A DNA stretch of 62,171 nt, the filler included, from Stramenopiles sp. TOSAG23-2 (Eukaryota), in NCBI GenBank assembly GCA_900128395.1. It is 3 parts of 3 records of this genome, joined end to end, with 100 filler letters (N's around TTAATTAATTAA, not from the genome) between each part and the next. Parts side by side here need not be neighbours in the genome. Positions count along the whole stretch, not along the records: positions 1 to 20,700 come from LT649552.1; 2 more parts are not named here. One strand, 5' to 3'. Below are positions 1-10,445 of this stretch, piece after piece. The position numbers and the translations under genes are program-made. Each line of letters opens with the position of its first letter. Position 1 is the stretch's first letter. The notes beneath the pieces were generated by a model. The model did not search any database. It was not told where the DNA came from and worked only from the letters and a program-made list of their open reading frames with translations.

Positions 1-6
1 AACACC

Positions 7-360
7 ATGTTAAACCTATTAACAAAAAAACGACAAAGGTTTTTCTCAAGTTATGCCGTCATCACCGCGGTTTGGCGTGGTGGTGTATCAGGAACAACTG
101 TTGTTATAGGAGATTTAAGTGTAGGAGGAACAACATATTTAGGTTTAACTACACAGCAAACCATTATAAAGGAAGATTTAGTAATTCAGGATCAATTAGA
201 TGTGCAAGGTCCTGCTATATTGAGTTCTTCAGCAACTATTTATGGTGATACAAATATTAGTGGTCATGTAACATTAAAAAACGATTTATCTGTATATCGT
301 GAGAAAACTGTAGTACACCCAATGATTAAAGGAAAGACGTTGATACACGAAGTATTATGA
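7..360 (+). CDS. Chimeric ORF: first 16 codons identical to the 4CL-like gene N-terminus, fused to a beta-strand-repeat fragment resembling viral fibre/structural proteins (pseudogene or assembly chimera possible)
   Basis: nt 1-55 are the exact reverse complement of 6474-6528 (MLNLLTKKRQRFFSSY). The rest has GDLSVGG/DLVIQ/GDTNISG/NDLSVY repeats. Lies at a probable contig start. Confidence 0.35.
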   Translation: MLNLLTKKRQRFFSSYAVITAVWRGGVSGTTVVIGDLSVGGTTYLGLTTQQTIIKEDLVIQDQLDVQGPAILSSSATIYGDTNISGHVTLKNDLSVYREKTVVHPMIKGKTLIHEVL

Positions 361-985
361 ACCCATTTTTTTCATCAACTGCAAGTTTGATACGAACAGT
401 TTGTACCATCTATTTACCTTCATCTTTGGTATGATATTCTCTTTTAATGTGCATTATATAAATAAAATTTAATTTACGCATAATTTATTTTTAATTTACT
501 CATGATAATTCCTACTTCTTCAAAAGAATAAAATAACTGAAATAATCTAATCTCACACTAGTGTGTTGATATTCTCATAATCGAAAATACCAATGAAGGT
601 ATGATAAATAGATATGCATAGTATCAACTGACTCATAATAGCTGATGGAAAACGGACATCATAGGAAGGCGGAGAATAAATTGTACCAGGGTACAAATCA
701 TTATACGACTCGCATTATATATATATATGTATAATATATGAGTAAGAGAACATTTTATATATATGTATAACATATGAGTAAGAGAAAAATACATATATGT
801 GAGAATATTTTAACAACACTCTCTATCATAGTGTGAGATATCATAGATATTATTTAGTGTAAAAAAATTTAAAAAAATAAATTAAATACGAACTCGTATG
901 CGTAAATTAAAATTTTATTAATCTATTGACGATCCCCCTTTTCTACATATTCATTCTTCTTATTATTCTTTATATTTAAACTTTT

Positions 986-2332
986 TTATGTTACAGATTT
1001 TCTTGGTCTACCACGTCTATCGCGTTTTTTTCCAATTACACCTCCAGGTGGCCTTTTATAATCCTCTGGGATTTGACTTGTAAAGGATGTGCTACTATTA
1101 CTACTACTACTACTACTACTACTACTACCATCACCACCACCACCGCTTTCACTACCTTTCCCAAATTGTATACTAGAATGTAAATTATCAAAATCTTGTA
1201 TATGCGTGTTCAAATGTATTTTGAATGCATATAAATCTCCAGATTTTAAATCACATACTGGGCACAAATTTCCATGCTTGCGCCATACGACATAACTCTT
1301 CGGTATTACATATTCTTTATCGTCGCTTATTCCAACAAATTGTACTTGAAAATTATCAGCATCTTCGTAGTATACACGTGCTTCTTCGAAAGATTTTATA
1401 CTATCACCCCATGCCATTGGTATAATTTCTAATGGATCTCGTGTATAGTGCGCAAGACGGGCCCGAGATGATTTATATTTTCTTGTAAGAAAAACTGATT
1501 TACGTTTACCTGCTGTATATTTTGCTTTTCCCTTTTTTCTTTTAGGAATAATTTTTCTATTATTTACTGATGGTGGTATATTCCATTGACGTTCCTCTTC
1601 CTTATTTTCATTGGACATTCCAGCAAGAGTGCTTGCTACATTATTTGCATCATCATTTACATCTTCTTCATTTGCTAAATGTGGTTCTTGTGGAATTCTA
1701 CAAGATGCATATTCTGGTGCCCATGTATTGTCACTACAACACCATGCATGTGGTAACTGCTCTGATTTCATTGATGGATGTGCAACACGCCACTTTTCAC
1801 ATTTATAACATTGGATCCATACCCTCGAATTCGGACCATTCATACTTCTCCCTTGTGTTTCCTCTGCTGTTGTTGTTGTGGTCGTCGTCGTTGTTGTTGT
1901 GGAATTTCCCCCATTGTTATTATTATTATTCTTATCATTGTTGTTATCATTTTTATTCTTATCTTCGGCAATACGTAATCTACTGCTTCTACGATTATTG
2001 CTCCTACTACTATCGGACGGGTCTGGTAGGCTAAAATCAGGATTCCAATTTATACGAGTTTCAAGAGATAGAGCTGGATTCAAAACAGGAACTAATTTGC
2101 CACCATCGTCTTTCTTATTTTTTCCTTCCAAGTCAATATTTGTACCATGTTCTCTTAATAAATCATTGAATGGATCTCTTCTTTCCTCCTCCTCCTCTTC
2201 TTCACTATCGCTTGAACTGGAGGAAGACGATGATCCAGAAGATGAAGATCCAGAAGATGAAGATCCAGACGAAGAGCCGCTGTTACTACTACCACTTTTA
2301 TAACTAACATTATTATTATTATTATTATTCAT
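986..2332 (-). CDS. CW-type zinc finger chromatin protein with C2H2 finger and AT-hook
   Basis: WIQCYKCEKWR...WCCSDNTW...SCRIPQE (zf-CW), CPVC-x12-HLNTH (C2H2), C-terminal RRGRPRK (AT-hook). ATG taken at 2332; the ORF-track start 2338 is TTG. Confidence 0.8.
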   Translation of the reverse strand: MNNNNNNNVSYKSGSSNSGSSSGSSSSGSSSSGSSSSSSSSDSEEEEEEERRDPFNDLLREHGTNIDLEGKNKKDDGGKLVPVLNPALSLETRINWNPDFSLPDPSDSSRSNNRRSSRLRIAEDKNKNDNNNDKNNNNNNGGNSTTTTTTTTTTTAEETQGRSMNGPNSRVWIQCYKCEKWRVAHPSMKSEQLPHAWCCSDNTWAPEYASCRIPQEPHLANEEDVNDDANNVASTLAGMSNENKEEERQWNIPPSVNNRKIIPKRKKGKAKYTAGKRKSVFLTRKYKSSRARLAHYTRDPLEIIPMAWGDSIKSFEEARVYYEDADNFQVQFVGISDDKEYVIPKSYVVWRKHGNLCPVCDLKSGDLYAFKIHLNTHIQDFDNLHSSIQFGKGSESGGGGDGSSSSSSSSSNSSTSFTSQIPEDYKRPPGGVIGKKRDRRGRPRKSVT

Positions 2333-3045
2333 CTTCAAAATTGAGAAAATTAAAACAACTGACTATTAAATGCGTATCTATCTTGCGATTCTAATAAACG
2401 AAAAAATAGTACATCTAAAAATACAGCAAACGATGTATAAATTGTTAAAACTATGATGAATGGATATTTAACACAATAATGAAAACTGAGATATTTATAA
2501 TTATTCGAAATACATCTGAAATAATTGATAATGATGTTTTTATTGATGCAGGAGCCCTATAATCGCCAGCCAGGCTATCTATAAGCTAGCCAGCTAGCCC
2601 TTAATCCATTAATAGACGACTACAGTATACCGTACACTTACTGTAAGTCCATTAAGGCACGGTGGTAACACACATCACCAGTTTTTTTTTTTTTTTCTTC
2701 TTCAACATTTCAAAAAAAAAAAAAGAAAGAAGAATTATTAGAATAATTTCAATAGCTTAATATTCACCTAGACTACTAATACTCATACTGCTGTATTAAT
2801 ACCTACCTGGTATTAATTATTACGAAAAACGTTTATAATAAACAACTAAATAAAGAAATAGATGTAAGAGACGACTATGATAATTGATGAAATTCCTTTT
2901 TCAGGATAAGCAATTGTAATATATATATATTTATACTAGTGGACAGCCAGATCAGCCTTTTGTCCCGCTTATATATATATATATAAATATAAATATACAT
3001 TCTTTTATTCATTGCAAATAATAATAGTAAATAGAAAAATAAAAT

Positions 3046-4389
3046 ATGTCAAAAGAAAAAGGTACGGAAATTACAATTAATGTATCAAATATAATATCAG
3101 GCCTTGCTTTTGGTGTTGGTGTTGGTGTAGCAGCTGGTGTAGCATATTATTTTTTAAACGGCAGTAAAAGTTCACAGAATACAGGAAAACGAAACAAGGT
3201 AGACCTTGATGATGATGATGATATTCCATATTCGTCTAGAAGAGAATTTTCACCAAAAAGACCAACTAAATCTAAAAGGCCAGCTACACAAACTTTTGCC
3301 AGGGGAAGTGTAGATGAAACTAGTGAACCTTGGGATTCATGGGATAAACGAAAGTCAGTCACTGTACGCGTGCCAGCGACAAGTGCTAATTTAGGTTCTG
3401 GTTTTGATACCATTGGCATTGCGCTTGATATGTGGAGTGAAATTACTGTGGAAAGGGCAGATGAATTTTCAATGACATGCGAAGGTGAAGGGGCAGAGCA
3501 TTTACAAAGTTTAAACGAAAAAAATTTAGTATGTGTTGGTGTCAAAACAGCTTTTGAATATGTTGGTGAGGAACTTCCACCATTGAAATATACTTGCAGA
3601 AATCGTATACCATTTGGTAAGGGTTTGGGTTCTAGTTCAGCTGCAATAGTTGGTGGCTTGATAGCAGGGCTTGCGTTGTGTGGCAAGGAACTAAAAGTTT
3701 TTGGTGAAGATTCATTATATTCTGGGGGTGTAACTGCAGAGCCTGAAGAATTGCTTCAATTAGCATGTAAAATTGAGGGCCATCCTGATAATGTCGCGCC
3801 TGCGATTTATGGTGGGATTCAATTAGGCATTAAAATGCGAAATGGGAAATGGCGTTCAAGTCGTGTAAATTGCCCAGCAGATTTACAGATGGTTGCATAC
3901 ATTCCAAATGTTGTCGGCGTTACAGCGGAATTAAGAAAAGTATTGAAATCGAAAATTCCACGACAAGATGCTATTTTTAATATTGGCAGAGTTGCATTTT
4001 TAGTAAACTCTTTAAGCCAAAACAAATTGTATGACCTTAGATATGGAACAGAAGATGTATTGCATCAACCGCCACGCGCAAGTGTTTATCCTTATTTATA
4101 TCCATTAATGAATGCTGCATTAAGTGCTGGAGCACATGCGGTATATTTGAGTGGTGCTGGACCTACTGTATTAGCAATCACATCAGGTGCCGCTGGCGAT
4201 ACATTTACGCAGCATGGTTCGGAAAGAATGGAGCGTGCCATTGCCGATGCGATGATATTAGCTGGGCAAAAGCATTGCAGTAAACCAGGCAATGTGTATA
4301 TTACTCGACCAGTCATGCAAGGTGCATATATTGTAAAGGCAGATCCGCCATTTTCCAAAGGTGTTGTTCGATACCCAGGTTTTGTGTAG
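3046..4389 (+). CDS. thrB: Homoserine kinase (GHMP kinase) with N-terminal transmembrane extension
   Basis: VRVPATSANLGSGFD, PFGKGLGSSSAA, EGHPDNVAPAIYGG and LSGAGPT motifs. Confidence 0.92.
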   Translation: MSKEKGTEITINVSNIISGLAFGVGVGVAAGVAYYFLNGSKSSQNTGKRNKVDLDDDDDIPYSSRREFSPKRPTKSKRPATQTFARGSVDETSEPWDSWDKRKSVTVRVPATSANLGSGFDTIGIALDMWSEITVERADEFSMTCEGEGAEHLQSLNEKNLVCVGVKTAFEYVGEELPPLKYTCRNRIPFGKGLGSSSAAIVGGLIAGLALCGKELKVFGEDSLYSGGVTAEPEELLQLACKIEGHPDNVAPAIYGGIQLGIKMRNGKWRSSRVNCPADLQMVAYIPNVVGVTAELRKVLKSKIPRQDAIFNIGRVAFLVNSLSQNKLYDLRYGTEDVLHQPPRASVYPYLYPLMNAALSAGAHAVYLSGAGPTVLAITSGAAGDTFTQHGSERMERAIADAMILAGQKHCSKPGNVYITRPVMQGAYIVKADPPFSKGVVRYPGFV

Positions 4390-4577
4390 AGAAAAAGAAG
4401 AGAATGGAAAGTATAAAACTTTGAATTAAAAAGAGCTTATTTTCTTAAATTTTCAATAATCTCAACCCGAGATATATGATGATATTTACATGTAATGATA
4501 TATACGTATAAAAATAAATTCTCTTTATTTTTATATTTTTATTAATATACTCGTATATATACTCGTACGAATCATAG

Positions 4578-4615
4578 AGAGAAGTAAAATTATTATAACC
4601 TTAGATTTTAACCAA
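4578..4615 (+). repeat. Dispersed repeat family, 3'-end-only copy D
   Basis: gagaagtaaaattattataaccttagattttaaccaa matches the 3' end of copies A-C. Confidence 0.75.
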
Positions 4616-4753
4616 GATAAAAAATATCATATATGATATATATATATACATGTATGAAAATATATTTTTACTACGTAAAATGTACGCGTATTTTAATAAT
4701 TTTACATACTCGTATTAAAATATACATCACGCCAATACACACTCTTTGTTCAA

Positions 4754-6522
4754 TTATTTTTGTCTATCTTGATCCACAATCAATCGTCTTAAAATTTTCC
4801 CAGATGCTGTTTTTGGTATTGATTCAGCAAAGACCACTCCACCGCGTAATTTTTTATGTGGAGCAACCTTTGAAGCTACGTACTCTTGTACCTCCCTTTC
4901 ACTCATATTTGAATTTTCCGCTTTCACGACATATGCACGTGGTATTTCACCAGCTTCATCATCCTCAACTGGTATAACAGTTGCATCGATAATATCATTA
5001 TGTGTCATTAAAACATCTTCCAATTCAGCTGGTGCTACTTGAAAACCCTTATATTTAATCAATTCCTTCAAACGATCAAGAATGTAAAAATATCCATCTG
5101 AATCGTATTTTGCCAAATCACCAGTTAAAAGCCATTCGCCATCGGGGGTAAAACTTTCTTTTGTTTTTTCAGGTTGATTTATATAACCTTGCATAACTTG
5201 TGGACCACGAATGCATAACTCACCTTCCATTTCTGCAGGTAAATCTTCCCCAGTATCAACAGAAATAATTTTCCCTTCAGTATTAGCAAGTAATGGTCCA
5301 ATGGAACCGGCTTTAATAATATCATCTGGATCACAAGTTCCAACCGGTGACAACTCGGACATACCCCACGCTTGCTTAATTTTACAATTTAAGCGTTTGC
5401 AACATTCTTCCGTCAATTCATCTTTTAATGTTGCTGCCGCTGACATTAGCATTTTCAACGAGGACATGTCGTACTTGTCAACTAATTCATTTTTTGCTAA
5501 TGCCAATACAATTGGTGGTACAATATGCGAACGTACTGCAGTCCCTTCTTTACTATGTTCGTCGATGATTTCAAGATAACGTTGCAAATCAAATTGTTTC
5601 ATCGTCACCAAGGTACGACCTTGCCATGCTTGTTGCAACAAGGATACGGAAAACCCATATATATGCCACATGGGTAATGGAGATAATGTGATTGTGTCTA
5701 AATTTTGCTCTTTGTTTTCAGCTTCATCAATTTGTAGCAAATTTACACATACATTTTCATGCGTCAACACTACACCTTTTGGCAAACCAGTAGTACCAGA
5801 TGAAAATGGTAAAAGTAATGTATCTTTAGGAGTCACGCTAATAGTCTCTAATTGTGATTTATCAAGAAGAGATGATGTTCGTAGTTTTTCAAAATCGACA
5901 ATATTGCTATCGTTGTTGCTGGCGGCATCAGCGAATGTATTTTTCTCACCTGAACCCATCATTATCATATGTTCACAATTGCCATATTTTAATGCAGCAC
6001 TTTCAGCTTCAAAACGAAAATCTTCATGATAAATATACGCTTTTGAACTTGAAGCTTTTAATTGATGTAATAGTTCATCACATTTATATAATGGATTCAT
6101 CGGTGTAACAACCGCACCGATCCCTTTGTTCCAAATATTAGATTACCTTTAGTGTTAGAGAAGATAGGTTAATAAAGTATATTTCGGCATTTTTACTTAC
6201 GTCCTGCAGCACATATACAAGTCAAAAAATCTACGTGGTTAGGCGACTGCAGGGAAATTGAATCGCCATGCTTAAGACCCATGGCAATAAACTGTGCGGC
6301 TAGCGTATCAATATCATTCTTATAGTCGCCAAATGTTCGTGTGTCACCAGTAATCCCATCCACACAAGCAATCTTGCTTTCAATACTTGGAACATTGGGC
6401 CATTTAGATGAAATAAATTCAGCTAAAGTAAGCACACTTGGCATTTTTATATCTTTATACGGGGATTTTACGACATAACTTGAGAAAAACCTTTGTCGTT
6501 TTTTTGTTAATAGGTTTAACAT
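4754..6522 (-). CDS. 4-coumarate:CoA ligase/luciferase-like acyl-CoA synthetase, 2 exons (6522-6201, 6123-4754)
   Basis: LPFSSGTTGLPKGV AMP-binding motif, GELCIRGPQVMQGY, DRLKELIKYKGFQVAPAELE, PKTASGKILRR. Removing intron 6124-6200 (GTAAGT...AAG) gives in-frame AAGR-IGAVVTPMNP. N-terminus is mitochondrial-presequence-like; no C-terminal PTS1. Confidence 0.9.
6124..6200 (-). other. Spliceosomal intron, 77 nt
   Basis: GTAAGT donor, TCTCTAACA branch motif, AAG acceptor; splicing joins the two ORF halves in frame. Confidence 0.85.
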
Positions 6523-6960
6523 GGTGTTTGTAGTTTTTTTTCTGACTTGTAATATTCAAGCAATAATATATGACAGCTGTATTAACTTTATTGTACACAG
6601 CCATTTCGTATAACAATATATATACACAAAGATTTGTAAAAAATAGCAAAAAATATCCGAAAAAAAAAATATATTTTATTTTTTCTATGATGGTATACCT
6701 GGTAAATGGTGCGATTTTTTGTTGCCATAATTCGTTCTCTATAAGAATAGTACAGTAGACGACTATAGCAACCTGCACAATAGTACCTGGTAGTAACAGG
6801 TAATAATAAATAAAAAATAATATAGCTGGATATGCACATATATGTGCATATATAGCTATAATAAAATATTGATAATTCTAATATTAATAATGACAACATA
6901 AACAACTAAAAATAATACAATAAAGAAGAAACAAAACGATTATTTAACATACATTGAAGC

Positions 6961-8376
6961 ATGGCAAATCATAATAGATCCAATTTTCACCGCCATTTAA
7001 CCAATCGAGCAAGTGGTTTATCTCGTTTGACTAATTTTAAAAATTATTTTAGAAGAAAATATGGTGGTGGTGTCAATTTATCATTAGATGAAAATATAGA
7101 TATAAAAACTAATCACCATAATGGAAATACAACTTGCCTAGACCTCGAAAGTATTGAAGGACGCTATTTATTATCTGGCGCCGTAGATGGCCATGTTTCG
7201 ATTTATGATTTGGCATCTGTTGATAATAATATCAATAATAGCAGTAGCAATGGCATTTCTAGTAATTCAATAAAAAATGTCGAACCGCTTGTTTTCTCCA
7301 AGGGATCGTTAACAAATCCTCTTCCAGCACCTCATAAACATATGATATCATCAGTGCAATGGTATCCAGTGGATACTGGACTATTTATAAGTTCTTGTAT
7401 GGGTGGTCTTATCAATGTATGGGATACAAATAATATGGAAATAGTTGCCCGGTTCCGCATTGGTCGTAGAATAAATGCATCTCCTATGTCAAGAATTTCC
7501 AAACATCATAATTTAATTGCGGTTGGATGTGATGAAAATACAATTCGTTTATGCGACTTACGAACTGGTAGCAACACGCATGTGTTGCAAGGCCATCGGG
7601 AGGAAGTTTCATCATTAAATTGGTCACCAGTTGATGAATATGTTGTTGCTAGTGGAAGCAATGATTGTACCGTACGTTTATGGGACATACGATCAAGTGG
7701 ATTGAAAGCTTGTACTTATATATTTGATATGTATGATACGAAAGGTACTCGAAACCGTAAAATTGGAAATCAACCAATTGGTGGTGGTACGTCATCAAAC
7801 CAACACAAGGAAGATCATCTAGATAATAATAATAATAATAATGATAATAATAATAATACTAACAATGCCAGCAGCAGCAGCAGCAGTAGCAGCAAGAAAA
7901 GACAATATGCTAATAATGTAAACCAATTTCAAAATAATAATAGAAATAGAAAGAAAAATAAAAGTAACAATTTCGCGCATAAACGTTCTGTAACCTCTCA
8001 TCCAAGTCCTGTAAAATCAGTTCAATTTACACCAGATGGATTGTTCTTGGTTTCATGTAGTTCTAATAATATAACAACGTGGGACGCCTATAAAGGTATT
8101 AATCAATTAATTCATTACCCAAATTTCAAAGCAGCTTATTGTGGTAAAGCAAGTCCATTGAATATATTGCAAATCGGTTCATCTTACGATGCATATATAG
8201 TCACACCTATAGACAAGACTGGTGAAATTTTCTTATATAAAATGCACGATGGAACAATATGTTCAAGATTGAAAGGTCATTATGAAACTGTAACTGATAT
8301 AGTTATACGTGATGTTGGTAGTAACATTCAATTATTTAGTGCAGCTTTAGATGGAAATATATTAGCTTGGAGCTAA
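6961..8376 (+). CDS. ERCC8: DNA excision repair WD40 protein ERCC8/CSA
   Basis: LDLESIEGRYLLSGAVDG, SVQWYPVDTGLF, RLCDLRTGSNTHVLQGH, VRLWDIR and terminal DGNILAW match the CSA/Rad28 pattern. Confidence 0.88.
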   Translation: MANHNRSNFHRHLTNRASGLSRLTNFKNYFRRKYGGGVNLSLDENIDIKTNHHNGNTTCLDLESIEGRYLLSGAVDGHVSIYDLASVDNNINNSSSNGISSNSIKNVEPLVFSKGSLTNPLPAPHKHMISSVQWYPVDTGLFISSCMGGLINVWDTNNMEIVARFRIGRRINASPMSRISKHHNLIAVGCDENTIRLCDLRTGSNTHVLQGHREEVSSLNWSPVDEYVVASGSNDCTVRLWDIRSSGLKACTYIFDMYDTKGTRNRKIGNQPIGGGTSSNQHKEDHLDNNNNNNDNNNNTNNASSSSSSSSKKRQYANNVNQFQNNNRNRKKNKSNNFAHKRSVTSHPSPVKSVQFTPDGLFLVSCSSNNITTWDAYKGINQLIHYPNFKAAYCGKASPLNILQIGSSYDAYIVTPIDKTGEIFLYKMHDGTICSRLKGHYETVTDIVIRDVGSNIQLFSAALDGNILAWS

Positions 8377-8531
8377 AAAATATTCTTGTATTTTATATAA
8401 ATATATATATATCTCATTTTTATATAATATATTTTCTTTTAATAAAATAAAAAGAAGTACCGAATGCGTACGCGTTTTTGTTTTTTTTACTTTTAATATA
8501 AAGCAAAATAATACGAGTATGCATATGAGTT

Positions 8532-9212
8532 ATGCATATATATATTACTTCAGATGGGAAGAATTTACCTCCAGACGTGCAGACTAAACAACAAAACAAC
8601 ACCGGCATTCTATCAAATTATTATGAGCAGCATGATATTAGGAATAATGACAATAACTTTTTTGATGAAAAGGCCAAACCAGACGTTCTTTATTACGTAA
8701 ACACAAACACCAAGAATGCGCAACAGAATGAGATTCATCATGTGAATACTGTATGCTGCAAAAAACTATTATCCAAAGAGGATATCATTCAAAATCATAG
8801 TCACCGGGCGATCCCTTTAAAATTTAACCAGGCTAGGGACGATGATGTATACAATGATAAATCAACTTTGAAAACAGTTCCTTTTGTAGTACACACTTCA
8901 GATGGGAAGAATTTACCTCCAGACGTGCAGACTAACCAACAAAACATCAGGGAGCAAAAACCCAAGATTTATCACTTGTCAACGTTACTAACTCAATAAT
9001 TTTGTGCATTGCAACCACAACCTATTGTCACCCAAGACAATGGTTGCTATGAATCCACCCCTGGGGAATTCAAAACCACCAAACTTTGGAAAACCTATGG
9101 ACTATTCACACCACTTTCATCGAGCGTGTTATACTGAATTCAGACCTACTTGTGCTTATGGAGTATTAGCTTGCGGTGGCGCATGAGTCAGGAGAGCTTT
9201 ATTATAGTAGGA
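8532..9212 (+). pseudogene. ORF or decayed ORF of unknown function with an internal 52-bp direct repeat
   Basis: 155-aa ORF 8532-8999. The same frame stays open for ~45 codons after the TAA and runs into the dispersed repeat. TSDGKNLPPDVQT occurs twice. Confidence 0.35.
8547..8946 (+). repeat. 52-bp direct repeat pair (8547-8598 and 8895-8946), one mismatch
   Basis: acttcagatgggaagaatttacctccagacgtgcagactaa(a/c)caacaaaaca, 348 bp apart. Confidence 0.9.
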
Positions 9213-9300
9213 TAGCATATTATGCTTGCGATTGAGTATTGAGCATATTACTTTAACACGATAAGTGTAAAATTATTATAACTTAGATTTTAACCAATAT
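9144..9300 (+). repeat. Dispersed ~155-bp repeat family, copy A
   Basis: Colinear with 18152-18312 and the reverse complement of 57986-58149 (gagtattag...gagcttta...gtaggata...cttgcgattgagtatt...gagcatattactt...aagtgtaaaat...agattttaacca). Confidence 0.9.
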
Positions 9301-9558
9301 TATATATATAATATATACGGTATAATTTATGGCCACACGCTCCTGTATACAATTTATATTAATTTAATATTAATATTATGTCATTATTAAAATGATATAA
9401 CCTGCGAGGAACAATATGTCACTGAATGGCCAAACCGCATGTGGAGGTGGATTCCTTTTTCGATGATCTGTTTCTTTTTTAGTGGATCAGTTTGTGTGGA
9501 TGCGATTCAATTGAATGAATTATTCTTTTATTATTGTTGGGTTAAAAAATAACCGACA

Positions 9559-10053
9559 TCACAAAAATAGAATATCTTTAGGTAATTTACATTTATAGGC
9601 AATCCATACGCAATCAAAATTGGCATTGCTCTTTTTATTTAATTCATTCGACACAAAATGAATCCGCTTCGAGGGAATCACCAGCTGGAGATTATCATCG
9701 CCTCTAAATAATTCAATAAAATACTGCGTATTGATGCGAGGGATAGGAAGCAATACCATAAATGGCTTTCCTACCTGCTTGAGCCTCCGTAAGATGGATT
9801 TGGCTTTCGAGAATGGAGGATTGGTTAAAATCATATCGTAAGCCACAGAATGATCGAAGAAATCGATTTCTTTATCATGAATGATTTTGTTCTTAGGGAA
9901 TACCTCTTTTAAATGCTCCTTACACTTCCCATCGTAATAAAAAGGATCAAATAGAGTGATTTTGGTGGGGATAAGATGTCGAATGGATTTCCACGCAGAT
10001 TTTGGAGTCCCCCAGCAGTCATTTTGTTTAAAATGTTCGTTCGTATAGTTCAT
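9559..10053 (-). CDS. Small N6-adenine DNA methyltransferase of phage/giant-virus/Polinton-like-virus type
   Basis: 164 aa, intronless. DCWGTP, LFDPFYYDG (SAM-binding motif I-like), DFF, catalytic motif IV TNPPFSK, KPFMVLLP, IPSKRIHF, FDCVW. No low-complexity host-type linkers. Confidence 0.8.
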   Translation of the reverse strand: MNYTNEHFKQNDCWGTPKSAWKSIRHLIPTKITLFDPFYYDGKCKEHLKEVFPKNKIIHDKEIDFFDHSVAYDMILTNPPFSKAKSILRRLKQVGKPFMVLLPIPRINTQYFIELFRGDDNLQLVIPSKRIHFVSNELNKKSNANFDCVWIAYKCKLPKDILFL

Positions 10054-10445
10054 TTAAATGAGAAGATATCTATTTATATAGTGTCCTTTTTATACTTTCG
10101 CAGTTTACCGTTGAACGGATTTCCATTGAATACGATGGTTTTGAACGGGATTTAATAGCATTACAACACAAAAGGAAGTTCCAATTGGGAGGAGTATTCC
10201 ATACAGTCGTTATTATCCTTTTGTAATGACTACTTTTTCAGGGCATTACCAAATCTAAGAGATACCCTCTCTAACTTTACCAATTTCAATTTCACTTACA
10301 CGGCGTCCATTCAATGGATTGGGTGCCCATGTACGATTTACATAATTGTCACATCTCCCGAAATCTATTCAATGGATATCTTATGAGCTCCCAGAGTAAG
10401 GTTCACAATTGATAAGAAACTTATCTATAACCATAGTTGGCGCCA

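Noticed and set aside
4754-6522. Firefly-type luciferase
   Set aside because: Motifs are shared by the whole 4CL-like/acyl-CoA synthetase family; nothing specific supports luciferase activity
9158-9200. tRNA-like 5' half (GGAGTATTAGCTT...GAGAGC) in the dispersed repeat
   Set aside because: Loop too long, no anticodon or T arm and no GTTCRA B-box; not callable as tRNA or tRNA-SINE
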